Made by a program: the position numbers and the translations under genes
Source: Amoebophrya sp. A120
Lineage: Eukaryota; Protista; Dinoflagellata
Length of the DNA stretch: 64,000 nt
Reading direction: 5' to 3'
Assembly: GCA_905178155.1 (NCBI GenBank)
Contig: CAJINV010000004.1
Location: forward strand, 28,432-92,431
Part shown: positions 12,266 through 25,696 of the stretch, in pieces
How the letters are laid out: every line of letters starts with the position of its first letter
Numbering within the stretch: position 1 is the first letter of the stretch
The notes under the pieces: model-generated
The model's input: only the letters and a program-made list of their open reading frames with translations
What the model was told of the DNA's origin: nothing
The model's database searches: none

Positions 12266-13910
12266 GTGCTGGCGGAGCTAAAACAGACTGAAAAAAGTAA
12301 AGGAGATTCTTGCAATCGGTACGAGTGCGATGCTTGTTTTGAAGATGACACCCGAACGGAGGAGGCAATAGCGGTGACGTATGAGGTATATGTGGAAATC
12401 CAGGAAAAAATCATCTTGGTGGTGTCCAAATTTCGCACGTTCGAAACCGATTACAACATCTTCCAGTGTGGACTGATGACCTTCGTGGTTGGGTTTCTGG
12501 TCAACTTCGTTTTTTTCGAGATGAGCATCTTATTCTACACAAAAATACAACTACTACACCCATTCATTACAATAGTACGAGGGAAAAAATGAAATTTACT
12601 GTGTTGCGGGTAGTTCTTTATGGTGTCGTAAGTTTTCGCAGCTCAGCATTGCAAACATTTTCGGCACCCGCACCTCTCTATACTGTAATCTCTCTGGAAC
12701 GCATTATAAGCTGTGCATGTCCTCTGGTGGAAGATGAAACTGAAGGAAAATTTGCCCTGCTCTTCTCGTGGTCTTTCATCTTGCATTTTTACAAGGTTAT
12801 AATTTCCAGTAGGGCCAATTAATTTAGCAAGATAATTTTCTCTCTGCTATGGCTATGGGCGTAGTTGTAGTTCTTCTCTGTGGGATACATGTTGGGTCCA
12901 GCAGAGGACGAGGACGCGGAGGGTAGTCGTGACAGCGCTGCGTGTGAGCAGGTTGTGCCGTTGTACGGGATTCTATCCATCGCAAAAGTACGATAATCGC
13001 AGTAGTACAACGTAGCAATTTTTACGCAGCATTTTTATAGAACATCAAACCAGAAGTGCAAGAACAATAAATTCTTTTGATTGCAGAAGGAAAAGTGCGA
13101 TAGTACTTTTGCTGCATCGGGGATAAATTCTTTTGCTGTTCAACTTGGTCCTGTTTCTCGACATTTTGTGGCTGAAGGAGATGGCCGGCATCTACTATCA
13201 CAGGGAAAAGTGTTAACGTCGACGGAATTTGTGCTGCAGAAATGCATCACAAAAGGTGCCCAGATTTGTCATGCTTGGCATGGGTATTAGGCAAAAATTG
13301 TGATGCGTATCTGCATTCGGTGAAAACGTTAACACTTTTTTGTTTGATATCTACGAGTCGTTTCTCATAGAGCGGGTGCAGACCACCTGCCTGGACTCCA
13401 TTGCCATATGGAAGCGTCAGGATTGAAATCGTCACAGTTGAAATAATTTCTCATGCATGGACTGCAAGACATGAAGCGCCTCTCTTGCAGGGATGGCAAG
13501 TGAGGCAGATTGTGAGCCTATTTAGGTTTTGGAATAGAGCTGCTAAAAGAGCATGACAAAAGCAGCCTTCTGTGCCAAGACAGCATGACAAATTGGATTC
13601 CGCTGCTCCGAAAATTTGTCATGCGCCGCTTGGAAATTGGGCTTCCAACTGGTATCCATTTTATGCATGACAAATCATTTCAACTTTGTCGATTTCAAAC
13701 CTGACGCTTCCATATGCCAAGCTGTCCGTGTACCTGTTCAACGACGCGCAGGCCCTGAACCTGAACCTCGCGACCCAGCAGCACTCGATGTGCATCCGGC
13801 TTTTTGGGCAGCCGATCACCTACGCACTGCTGTGGAAGGCGGTGTCCCTGGTGGTGCTCAACCTGATGATGACCCTCATGGTGCCGCTGCTGCTCAGCAA
13901 CAGGTCGTAG
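12266..13910 (+). CDS. Multi-pass membrane protein fragment(s); the C-terminus resembles a 7TM-ion-channel/gustatory-receptor-like TM7 region
   Basis: Hydrophobic exons GLMTFVVGFLVNFVFFEMSILFY and ESFLIERVQTTCLDSIA|KLSVYLFND...CIRLFGQPITYALLWKAVSLVVLNLMMTLMVPLLL. Exon structure is only partly resolved. Confidence 0.45.
13196..13349. mobile_element. Introner (TIR ...aaaagtgttaacgt)
   Basis: TIRs, DR tctac. Confidence 0.88.
13407..13714. mobile_element. Introner family C
   Basis: TIRs, DR tgcca. Confidence 0.92.
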
Positions 13911-15047
13911 CAGGGACTACAACTTCTCAACAGGCATACTGAATGATCTTCATTGTTTTTACATCGCACTTCTGGAAATCATAATCAATCTAGTATTTCT
14001 ATTTCATTTTCTATCTAGATACTTTTATCTATTGTGCATAGTGACTGATGGCGTGCACCTTTTATCTTGCTTTGAGTTTGCACCAACATCGTGGTCCTCC
14101 GTTTTGGTTGATCATCGGCATAGGAAGCAAATTGCTTTGCGTACGAAAAAAGCTTCCTAGAAGTGAGTAGTTGTCTATGATTGAACAAGCGAAAGTGAAA
14201 TGCAAGCGTACGGATTGTGATTGTCCTCTACCGCTACGTTTTTTTTTCTTAAAAATAAAATGCAACTCTGGTGTTACTAGTTTTTCAAGGATAATGGTAT
14301 TCTCCTATTCGTACTACCATTCCAGGTACGAATGTAGCACGTCGCTCTCCCCGCGTTGATATCAGTCTCGAAGCAACTTCTTTTTAGGTCATGATTACGA
14401 CTAGAAATAAATAAAAAACCGGTCATGATGAAAATGTCACCATTTTTGAAGGCGATGCTAAAAACCATATTTCCAATTTCTCCGGTTGCAAGCTGCGTAC
14501 CGAGTTTATTTTTGTCTTACTTATTGCCTGCAGAAATAGAAACTTCATCATCCGTCATCATGAAATTGGAGCTCCGCCATAGCATAGTTTCTTCCCGTGC
14601 ATCTTCCGTAAAATGTCAGTGCAAAGAAGGAGAAAAGATTATACGTACTCTCTGTTTTTATCATGATCCGGGCGGAAAGGCAGTTTGCTCCGTTGTGCAG
14701 CAGTGAATTTAAGAAGATGGAGTCGCCTGAAGCTACATTTCCATTTACATAGTTCATCTGTAAATAACACATAATACGATGGGTATGATGTGCTACGTAT
14801 TTTACTAAAACTAGCAAAGAAACTCTTTCAAAGAGACAGTCATATCACATATTCGAAAAGGTAAAGCGAGGCAAATATCATACCAAGCAATTGTTGAACA
14901 AACAACTTGTTGATAAGGCGGTGTGAATCACCCATGATCATGAAATAGAATGAACATGGCCTGTCGACGTTTCTGGAATTTCAGTTCACATCAATTCTGA
15001 AAAAATGATGGATCAGAATTACTATCTATTATATTCATGCGAAAAAA

Positions 15048-15570
15048 GAGGTCTACAGAGGGTCGAAGGGAGGTGGCCGAGAGGTCAAAAGGAGGGCAAC
15101 AGAGGTCAAAAAGAGGTCGACAGAGGTGGAGAGGTGGCGCGGGAGGTCGTTCGGGAGGGTGGCCGAGAGGTGGCGCGGGTATAGCCAGCCGAACCGTTCA
15201 CCCTAAAGCCGCGCCTATGGGGCCCGGAGGTGGCCGAGAGGGTCCCGAGAGGGTAGGCGAGAGGGGGACAGAGGTGCCGAGAGGTTGCGCGAATAAGGGC
15301 GAACCTCTCGCGCACCCTCCTGGCCACCTCTCGGCCACCTCTGTAGACCTCTACTGGCGAGTATAGCTGGACTATTAGCAGCACCTCTCGGGAGAGGTGA
15401 AAAAGAGGGTCTGCGAGAGGGTCAAAAAAACCCGAATCCCTCCGGCACGCGGCCGATTTTGTTTGGGCCTTTTCATCGCGCAGGCCCACACCCTTTCGCG
15501 CTACCCTCTCGCGCTACCCTCTCGCGCCACCCTCTCGCGCGACCCTCTCGCGCGACCCTCTCGCGCCAAC
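15048..15570. repeat. GAGAGG/CCTCTC-rich degenerate minisatellite forming a fold-back
   Basis: gaggtctacagag...gaggtggccgagagg vs cctctcggccacctctgtagacctc; accctctcgcgc tandem units ~15490-15566. Confidence 0.7.
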
Positions 15571-16576
15571 GATTTCCGCCGGGAAGCAAATAGGGCGGGG
15601 GCGTGTGGGTGATCAAAAAAGGGCAGCGCGGCCCCCGTATTGCTTCCTTCGGCGCCTATAAATGTCGAGTCAGCTTCTCTTCGCCCCCAAGCTTCGCTGC
15701 AGCTGCTCTCTGCGCATAGCGCCTGCAGGCGTGGGAAGCGCGCAGGAGGCCCTGCGGGTTGACATGGCGAAAACCGGGCCAGTAGCCCCCTCGGTCTGTT
15801 GCGCTGTGCCCAAAGCTCCGGCGCTGCGGTCCAGCCCGCGCATTGTCCTGCCCCGCCACAACAGCCTTGCGCTCCGGCGTTAGCCGGAGCATGGCTGGTC
15901 CATGTTCATGTAAAAAAATCAATCGCGGCTGTTCTAACTACTACCTCAAGATCTTCACAGTTGTGCATTCCAGCAGTAGAGATCCACATATTTTTCATTC
16001 CCGCGCCGCAGTGAAAAGAAAAGACAGTGACAGTAAAGATGAAAAAATAAAAGCAAAATCTCTCATGCAAAAGAGGACCCTGATTCAAGAACATCTATAT
16101 TATGGGCCGACGTTAAGGCCACAGTGAACAAGATCTGACATATTTATGAACCTCACGCTCTGCTCGTGCTCGTACGACGACTGATGCACTACAAGAAGTT
16201 CCATGTTGATGCATTGAGTACCCGAGACATTGAGTTGTCGCATACCTCCGAAAATTAATAATATTAATTTCCTGAATTCGAATTATTATATTTTTTTGCA
16301 GCCACGCCACTTCTTCCGCTGCGTCGCAAAGGCAAACTACTCCTATTCAGCAAATAAGAAGATTACAGGGACGAAAAAGAACAGGAGTAGGTCGTGCTGG
16401 GGCGATCTAAGACTTAGAGACGAACTGACTACAACAAAAATCATCACTGTTTTTGCACAGTTTCCAGGAACAAGATTTGTACTAGACTACTAGACAGCAC
16501 GTTATCAACATCGCTTTAGAATATTTACAGACTACAGCACGACAGAGAACTAGAAGACGACGAAAAAACACGGAAG

Positions 16577-18605
16577 ATGTTGCGTTCACTCCTCTCCTCG
16601 TGTAGTGTTTTTCTCTGGTCACACCCGGGGCACCAATCCGTCCTCGCCAGCGTGTCGCCCCGCCTTCGCCGCGGCTTGAGCCGCGAAGTCGGGAGAGAAC
16701 GGAGTCGGAGTCCTGCCGACGTCCTCGAGACCTCCCGCACTTCTTCCTCGACTGCTGACGCTGCTGGGTCCGCCGGTCCCGCGCTCGTCATTTGGACCAT
16801 CGGAGGCGCTGCGTTCGGGGACCGGATTCCCTATGCACACTGGAAAGACAGGACTGTTGCGGACCTCATCAACAAAGTAGAAAGGGGAGAGTGGGAGCCT
16901 TCCTCTGGTGCGGCTTACCAGCAGGACGAGTTTTTTGGTAGCAGTTTTGGAAGCAGTAGGACGCAGCTCGTCACGGCTGGTTTGCCCGCGGTGCAACTTG
17001 ATGCCGGCACCAACGGCCAGCAGAAATTGGCAGACCAACTGCGCGCGCATCTAATGCCAGCACCGCTCGTTTCCGTTTATTCGTCTCCTACTTCAACTTC
17101 GCCTGCGGCCCAACAAGACACCAGGGACATACACCTGACGCTTATCACTGCGACTCGGCAGAAGCCGTATTTTGCCATGCTTCTCAGAAAAGCCTTCAGC
17201 ATCGCCGAGGAGGTGCAGATGCAGCCGAATCGGCAGTCGCTTATTGACACGCTGGAGACTGATATGAAAGGGCATATGATGAACTTTTGGCGCCCGCCAC
17301 ACGTAGAAGAACTGCAAGGAGGTCGAGGCCAACAAGTGCCCGACGAGAAGAGGGCGCCCAGTGTGAAGGAGCAATTCTTGGCCTTCATCACGAGCGTCAC
17401 AGGCGGATCGAGGTCGCCCGAATTGACCGCCTTCCTTGACCGGCATGGAAACGAACTCGCGTGGCTTCTGGCTCAGATGGACACAGCGCTGCGGACGATG
17501 CGTATGCCGGCACGGCCTGGCGATGTCCTAGTGGAAGATGAGTATGCTTTCAAGAGGAGTATGGCTCAAGCGAGCGTAATGACCCCGGTGAGCCTCGCCC
17601 CTTTAGGAACATACGAAGTCGGTCAAAAGTAGAACAAAAGCAATGACGTCGTCCCCCTCACTGACAGCGCCGCCGCAGCACGGGCCAACGCATAGCCCCG
17701 ACGTGGAGTTAGATAGAAGGCTCCGGATAGAGTAGTAAATAGAAAGCAACAGTAAGACTAGCGGCTGGAGACACAAGCTCGGTGATACGCGAGGCGTGCC
17801 CGCCAACTCCGGACCCGCAGGGATACGCCCCTCCCCGCGGGATATCGTGGAAAAGAGGCATAGATCCCAAACAGCAGACTAGCCGCGGTGTGCCATGAGG
17901 GCCGGCGCGGATGGGGACCGGAAGGGGGGAGTCGTGCACCAGGCACCGAAAAGGCATGCTTGCCCGCCGCAACAGGAGTCGGCATGATGTCATGCGTGAG
18001 CGGAGGCGCCAACTGCGCTAGGCAGTGGAAGGGCGGATAGATACAAATACTCACTTAGATTGCACAGGTAGAACTTTGAAAAAGAGACTTCTCAGGCTTG
18101 AGAAATTGCATAGTGCATTGATCCCCTCCGATGGCCACGGCCTGGCGATGTCCTAGTGGAAGATGAGTATGCTTTCAAGAGGAGTATGGAAGACGCGCGC
18201 CTGACGTATGCGTATCGCGACAAACGTCCTTGTCGGCCTGGTGCTCGTCATCTTCAATATGTATCCTTGTACCACACCACAATGTTGGATGGTGAACCAA
18301 TCAGAATCTGGATCCACCTGGTTCGGAAAGGAGCCTCCGAAGCTGTACAGGTAGACGCCGAGACCGAGGACAGCCTACCGGTAGCTGTACCGGAGAGTAT
18401 TGCCGCAATTCAGCCTGGTACCGGAGCGCATCTCTTTACTCAGCTTTTCGAATCGGAGGTGAATTTGGGCGAAGATGCTCTAGGAGTGCCACTGATTATG
18501 AGGATTGTCGGCCAAATCCACGGCGCAACTTTCGCAAATCTCCCTTCTCTGAGCTTCGCTATTGATTTTTTCACCCGTCCACCTCCTGCTCCGAGGGCGG
18601 AATGA
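16577..18605 (+). CDS. Hypothetical protein, possibly with a signal peptide, interrupted by a 571-bp insertion with a 54-bp duplication
   Basis: ORFs 16577-17632 and 18156-18605 share the duplicated peptide RPGDVLVEDEYAFKRSM and fuse in frame when 625 nt are removed. Confidence 0.6.
17565..18135 (+). mobile_element. 571-bp insertion with a 54-bp TSD and a possible truncated spliced leader at the 5' junction
   Basis: DR 17511-17564/18136-18189; the junction reads tggctcaag. Confidence 0.8.
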
Positions 18606-20103
18606 GGAGCAAGAGTTCCTCGGCCCTCGCTGGAGTCTATCCAGCTTGACATAGGGAAATCGAGCCGAGGATGCAGATAATTAGCCGACGAGTAAGGGAT
18701 GAGTAAACCCCTTAAAAAAGGCTCTTTTACAGAGCGAGTCCCCGACGGACAAGCGGTTACTCTGTTGCGAAGGATTCGAAAGCGACTCACAGATAGAGAC
18801 AAGTACTCAAGAGAACCATGAGCCATGCGGTGTGAATCGCCCATGAAATGAAATGCACATAAATTTTGTCGACGTTTTATATCAAATCTAAAAAATGTAT
18901 GATGATCAGAGGAACAGTATTAATCCGAAAAAAAAAACGCAATATTAATAAAGTACTTGAACTCAGAAAACTACTAGAAGGCACTAGGTAGCACGTCGTG
19001 TATGATTTAACTCGAACCGCATATCGGGGGGATAAGCTAGAAGCAAGCGCTCTACTTCACGCAAGCACTTTATGTTTATTTCTTATCGAAATATACAGTT
19101 GTGACCTACTCAAACCTCAATTCTGATTTTACTATAAATATACGGCGACGGACTGGAGTATGGAAGCATGGTACCAAGGGCGACTATGGTTCTCTGAAGA
19201 CGGTGGCTTCAGTATGTACAGAAGAAGTCCAATGATGAAAGGAACTGAGCTCGGTTATTTGTATTTCGAAAATTTTGCTCCACTACGACTACTATTGAAA
19301 ATCGTTTACACAAAGTTTGTGTTACAAACCACTATCAGAATAATATTGTACTGATGTAGTCGTGCAAAATTTGAAATATTAGATCGTGCTGGAGATAGTG
19401 GCGCAAAGCGAGATGCTTTTGTTTTGGGATTACTTCCTATGGGAAAAGACATGATAAAGAAATCAACTTGCGGCACTTTGTTGCAGTAAGGCGCTCAACG
19501 CATACAGATTTTGCGCGTTTTGGATTTGTAGTAATGCAACAGGACCCATGATCTTGTAGCATCGATGTGGTAAGACCTTGCGCTTACAGATACTTTTCAC
19601 GGTAAGCAAGAAGAGTATAATTTTGTTATATTTTTCGACCCGTAAGTTTACTTACTAAGTAAACAGCTCTCGAAAGTATAATTGCAAGAATCTGGACCAA
19701 AAATCGCACGGCAAACTGGAAACTGTTAGACAGATTTGAAGAAGAAGGAAAAAACGTGATTTGGAAAAAGACGAAGATAGCCGGACTCTTCGTGATCGTG
19801 TTCTGTTCGAAGACTCTTGCACGGGCGCCAACTTTCGTAGTGGTGAGCGAGTCAAAGACTAGGAAAATAAGAACCCTCAAGCAAGTATAGCACGACCAGC
19901 ACCAGCAGGCTCAGAGAATCGGCATCAAGTCAGCATCAGTGCTGTCTAAGTAAAAATCTTCCAGATTTCAATCACGCAACCTTTGGCGGGAGAAGTACAG
20001 AGTCCCTCGGAGTCCTGCATCCTCATGATGCAGTGAAAAGGAACAAGCAGCGAAAAACGTAGAGATTGTTGTTTGTGAGGGTGGCGATAAAGTAGCTGCT
20101 GGA

Positions 20104-23100
20104 ACTGTTATGTCGATCACCTCGATGATCCATTTCTTTCCCAGTGTCTTTCTACGGAGATCTCGTTCTTTTTTGGCGCACAACCTGGGAGCCGCCTTAT
20201 GGATCTGTGCAGTTGCGCCACAATTTCCCGGCAGCCTCGTCCTTTTGGATTCTTGACTTTTGTTTGTCCTGCAGATTTCTTGTGAACTGCACGACAAAAA
20301 AAGGGTGCGAACCGGACAAAGGAGCAAAAGCGTGCGGAAAGTTGCTGCCCCTGTTCCAAAGATGCCACTGGAGTCTCGAGGCCCGAGAGGTGCCCTCTGG
20401 AGCAAGGGCAGCTGCTTTCCATGCGCTTTCCGGTGTATTTTTTGTCGTTCTTGGCTTCGATTCAGCGCAATAGTCACGCACTTCGCCTGCACTGCCAACA
20501 TCCGGCTCAGACATGTTCGTATTGCGAAATCGGGCGAAAACTTGCCCAAAGATCGCATCTCCGCAAGCGTCCGGGGACTGGCCTGAGTCCCTGGCCGAAA
20601 TGGTGCCACATTTATGACACTTTGTCCGATGCTATGCTGTTCAAAAATTGCTCTAGGTTTGCGAAAATCACAGCGCATCCACCAAGCGGTCACATTTTGG
20701 TGACCTCTTTATGAGGCTAACCACGGCGGCACGCTTTCAATTTTCCGGTCTAGCTTTGCGAAAATCATGGGTCGGGGAGGGGGGTGCCGAAAATGGAACA
20801 AAGCGAAGCCATTTCGTGCTCAAAACGGGTGGCCCCTTTATGAGCCTAATCAGCACGGCACGGAGCCACTTTTCCGGTCTAGCTTTGCAAGAAAAGGACA
20901 AAGATCGCGACAGCAGGCGCTATGTCATCTCCAAAGGGATGTTTGGAACCATTCAAACTAATGGGATTAGCTAGATCGCAGCTGGGTGGTTGCCTTGCAG
21001 GTGGCAAGACAATTATCCAGCTATGAGGTAGCCAGTTTGTATCAGCTTACGGGGGGAATCAGCATTGAAAACGAAACGCGTTTCCACGATCTAAAAAATT
21101 TTTTTTGGAATTCGCTGAATTAGACATCTGAGCCTGTTATAACTGTTATGTCGATCACCTCGATGATCCATCTTTTTCCCAGTGTCTTTGTACGAAGATC
21201 TCGCTTTTTTTTTTTTTGCAGGTGACAAGTGAAATGCCCAGTTTCAGTTTCAGATGCGCTTTCCGCTCGTGTTTCGCGGGGGTTACGCCGTGTACAGCAG
21301 GTCGACACTGCCAGGAAAATCGATGTGCGCGCCGCATTGGTCCATACAAATTAAAACCCTAAACCCTTCGGAAACATAAATCCGCATGCATACAGGGGGG
21401 TCACCCCTGAACCCTTTTTCGAACTCGGACCGGACACACGCATGGAAAATCCCCACGATAACGTCTATAGCCGTAAGCCGCGGCGGACGTTGCTATGCTG
21501 TGGGACGAATAGCAAGGGGGTTTGATATGGGTCGAGACTAAGCGCGATGTGCAGTGGAGTTGTGTCCGGGGTGTAGGTTCACTATCTATTCTAGCTCTTC
21601 CGTAGCCGTATCTTAGGCGCCCGCCAGGCCGTGGATGCAGATCGCCGCTGCGGAACGAACTGGCCAAGGGAGATACGGCCTGCCGGCGCAGCTTGGGCGG
21701 GACAGGGACGGGGGAAAGCGTTGGCGGGCGCAACAAGACACGGAGGTAGTTCTGAGATTGCGGAAGCAAGCTGTGGGCAGCAGTTGGCTCCAAGGCGTGA
21801 ACAGAAAAAACAGAAACATGATGGCGATGATGATGATGATGATGATGATGATGCAAAGGAATGATGGAAAGGAAAAGAGTCGTCGTGTAATCCCTGCGTG
21901 CTCGAAACCCCAAGCGCCTGGCAAGCAAAAGAGTGTCAGTTGTTGTGTCGTTTTCCCCGTATTGCCGCCCTCTTCTCGTCTTTCGCGTCTCTGTGTTGTT
22001 CTCTTCTCGTGTGTCTCGTGTTTTGGTTAGCGCTAGCGCCGCTTCGGTTGTCTTCGCCCCTAAGGCTACCAGCTCTGCTCCCACCCGCAACTGGTTTTCG
22101 GTGTGACCTGACCCCGACGAAACAAGGCTCCGTTGCGGGGTAATCGGATTGTAGGATGCCCAAAATGAGCCGGGGCCCTATCTTTGACACTGTCGAGCGG
22201 TGCACATCATAGCACGACCTCCCTATTGTCTGTACTGCCCGGCTCGGTTGTTCCTGTCTTAGGTCTGCTCGGGGACGCTTGGGCCTCTAATACCCCAGTC
22301 CGAGACTTGCAAGGTCCCAAAAACCTGGGCTGAAGTCTGCCAAGTGGGCAAGGATGAAAGCCCCCGCTTGGAGCCTCTTGCGATTCACTTCACTTCGCTT
22401 CACTTCACACACTGTTATGTCGATCACCTCGATGATCCATTTCTTTTCCAGTGTCTTTCTACGAAGATCTCGTTCTTTATGGCGATGCTAAGTACGGAAA
22501 AGTCAAAAATGTCCAAAAATTTCAGGGGTCGCGCATGTCGCCCCTCCCGTTTGACGGGAATTGCCGGCGCCCCACCTCATGCATGAGCAAAATAGCCGAA
22601 AGGCCCCGCTTTGAGGCAGTGAGAAAGGCAGACCGGCTTGAGTAGCAGCTGCTGGTGACCACATGGCTTCCGGTCCGCTCTGTCGCTTCGTCCGACGAGT
22701 GTGGCGCGCAGAGATTGGTCGGAGCGCTGTGCCGGCCGCGGCTAGCACAAGAAGGCGCATTGAAATCGGGTTAGCTAACTTCGAGCCCTGCGGCCGCCAT
22801 CCCGTTGCCCCACACGCCGAGAACACTCGCCGCCCCTCTGAGGTTAAGGAAAAGGCAAAAAAACAGGGGCGCGGTGCGCTCTGGAGAGGGTTTGCCTGCG
22901 ATGAGGTAAATGCCTTCGCAGTATTGCGTTGGCAAATGCAAAGCACACGCACGGCGCGGGACAGGGCGAAAAAAACACGCTCCGCCCGTTCGCAAACGAT
23001 GCCGCGGCCTCTTCCGTGAGGTCCTCTAGAGGCTTGCCCTCCCCGTCTTTCATAGACCCCCACTGTGGGCTCCGGTTCCCGACATCCTGGCAAGCCCCAC

Positions 23101-23528
23101 GTCGAACGCACTCGCCTGTTGCTCATTTCAGAAAATAAAAGTCCGGATCCACCCCCGGACAAAAAAGAAGCAAACGGCCCTTCGGCTACCCCTAAAAGGG
23201 CTTTTTTGGGTACCCCTAAAGAAGCTTTGCGCGCTATGTAGATGCAGCTGGTTTCGGGGTGGTGTGCCTGAGCACAGAAGCACGGCGCCTGGCCCGTATG
23301 CAGAGGGGACTCGCCACACTGCGTCAATGTGACTCCCCCGGGGGGGTCTTGCGAGTTCGACAGCCAGCGCCCCCCGCGGGGACGAAGGGTCGGCACACTG
23401 GCCAGCGTCCTTCCCATCATACGGTGTCCATTTTTCCTTTGGCACTGCATCGGCGCAAATATGTCGATCACCTCGATGATCCATCTTTTTCCCAGTGTCT
23501 TTCTACGAAGATCTCGTTCTTTTTGCGA
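20104..23528 (+). repeat. Array of four ~70-bp direct repeats separated by three unrelated ~1.0-1.2-kb spacers
   Basis: (actgt)tatgtcgatcacctcgatgatccat...agatctcgttcttt at ~20104, 21142, 22411 and 23460. Confidence 0.9.
21818..21853. repeat. (ATG)n microsatellite
   Basis: Seen directly. Confidence 0.9.
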
Positions 23529-24608
23529 TGAAGATGAAGAAACCTGCTGATCATGAGCGTAGATTAGATATCACGTCTATATGTCGAGTGTTTTTTTCTG
23601 ATGATAAACAAAGTCGCCTATATTACACAAAAAAACCGGTGGATCCTCAACATGGAATATGTTCTGCTCGTTCGCGAATTATGTGTTTCAAGTTCTTTCT
23701 TTCGCGAATGTGTTTCAAGTTCTTCCGTGGATAGATCTGTCTATAAATGTGTTTAAAAAAGTTCCGCACCTCCTGCAGGGAATGGGAAGCTGCAAAGCTG
23801 GCTTCTTATAACTTGCTGCCGTCCACGCGGCCGCGGCCATTCATGCCTCCTTTTCTTGCCGGTATTAATTCATCAGCATTTTAAGAATGAAGAGTTTTTA
23901 AGATTTTTGCGGCAGTAGAAGTGTACTCAGAATCATTTCAAATCATTTCAAACAGGAACCGCCTATTATTTTCTGGTCCTCGTAGTGCTTGGCGAGAAAA
24001 AAAACTAGAACTCTATGAAGTTTTTTCGACACCGTGGCCGTCCTCGTGATTTCGCTGCAGCTCCAGCTCGTGTACCTGTCTACAAAAGTTGTTTTTTTGC
24101 AAGACAAAGAACTTTTTTTCCCACGGCCGTCGTGAGCATCTATTCGCTCTTCCTCTGCGTCACCGAGTTCGTTTCCGAGATACATTCTGGCGCGTTATGC
24201 ATTGCATACATTCTGACCGCGTCTGGAAGTAGACCAAGAAAAGTGCAGATGTCTACTCGTCCTATCCAGCTCTTTGTGGACGATCTGCAATATTATTCTG
24301 TGTCGTGTCTGCAATGTAGGTACCGCATGGCATGATAAGTTTTGCTCGGGAGGTTAAGTACTTGTTCTCCTTCTTCATGCCTAACCTGCACGAGGAATGA
24401 TCGTGCCCTCTTTGATGGGACGAGAGAAGCACTGCGCCTCTGCTCTTGCTGACTATGCAAAAAATCACTTTTTTGTCATGTTGTACTGCAGAATCAGAAT
24501 CACAACAAGTTTCCATCCTCCCACATCACTGCTCTACCGAGTTGTCATGTTTGCAATGCATGCGCGTCACCGCAGCGCAAATCTTCGACGACGAACACAA
24601 TTGGGAAG

Positions 24609-25678
24609 GTCTCAGGCATGTTCCGGGAACGTTCCGAAATGAGTCCCGGGGCAAGTTTCCGAGCAATGAGCCTCCGGGGGAGGTAGGTTGGTCCGGAACA
24701 AGGCCCGGGGCAGGCTCCTGCGCAGGCGTCCCGCGAGCAAGGTGCTCCTCGGGGGATATTTGCGGAAATAGCTAGCCCCGCCGAGGGGGCCACGAGGGTG
24801 GTCCGGGCCCTGTCTTTGTCGGCGAGAGTGCTTCGCATCGTCGAACCGAAGTGCCGACCTTCGGCACCGCCAGCCGCCGACGTGCTCTTTGATGGGAGCG
24901 TCGCTGTGGTTTGATCCGGTTCGGGGGCCTCGCAACCCTAAAACGGCCAGAGGGCCACCCCGGGGGTTTTTGGGTTTCTGAAGGAGGGCAGGCTGCGAGG
25001 TGTCACGGCATCGGAGGTCGTCTGGGTGTTGGCTCGGCGCAGCCTGCCAGGCCTGCCCCCCTCTCGGCGCCCGGCGTGGATGGGCCGGCCCCCGTCGTCG
25101 GGCGGGCCCGCCGAGGATTATCTTGTTGTCATCGCGCGCGCCCCCGAAACGCTTTGTTTTATCGCATTCCAGCAAACGAAGCCGCATGCCATCGTGTAAC
25201 GCGCGTTACACGATGGCGCTCTCCCTTCATCCTGTCTCCTGCTGCGCTGGTGTGGCATGCTCCCGGCCGTAGACGCGCTGTCTCGCCACAGGGCGACACT
25301 CGCTCTCGCGCCCCCCCTCCGGTGCAACACCTCAAAGAAAGGCCTCCCTTCTTGTCGTGCCCACAGCCGCGAGCACGGACGGGGGCTCGGCTGTGGGGGA
25401 AGTATGCTGCATCGTGCTCATCTTCGGTTGATGTGCAAGCGTGTTGCCGTAGCGTTTGGCCGTCGTTTAGGTGGTTCATCTTGGTGGGCTGCTGTCTCGC
25501 ACCAACGTGCAGCCGGCATCCACTTGAGCAGTATAGACCGGCGGAAGGTTGGGCCCTCGTTGCCTGGAACCCCGGTGCCCTCTTGTATTGCCCCAACCGG
25601 AAACCGGCCCGACAAGTTCTGCGCAAGTTCTGGGCAAGTTCGGCACCCCATACATCTAGACCCATGCTTTCGGAGTAA
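24609..25678. mobile_element. 1.07-kb GC-rich insertion with an ~85-bp target duplication
   Basis: DR 24522-24608/25679-25762, with a 63-bp identical core. Confidence 0.85.
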
Positions 25679-25696
25679 CACATCACTGTTCTACTG

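Noticed and set aside
21354-21367. Telomere (AAACCCT)2
   Set aside because: Only two units and internal; insufficient support.
21401-22090. Poly-His/poly-Met ORFs
   Set aside because: Artefacts of the (ATG)n microsatellite.
22326-22378. Hammerhead ribozyme (CTGAAG...GAAA)
   Set aside because: The core is not CUGANGA and stem I cannot pair.
20104-23528. True CRISPR array
   Set aside because: Repeats are ~70 bp and spacers ~1 kb, with no cas genes. The resemblance is only architectural.
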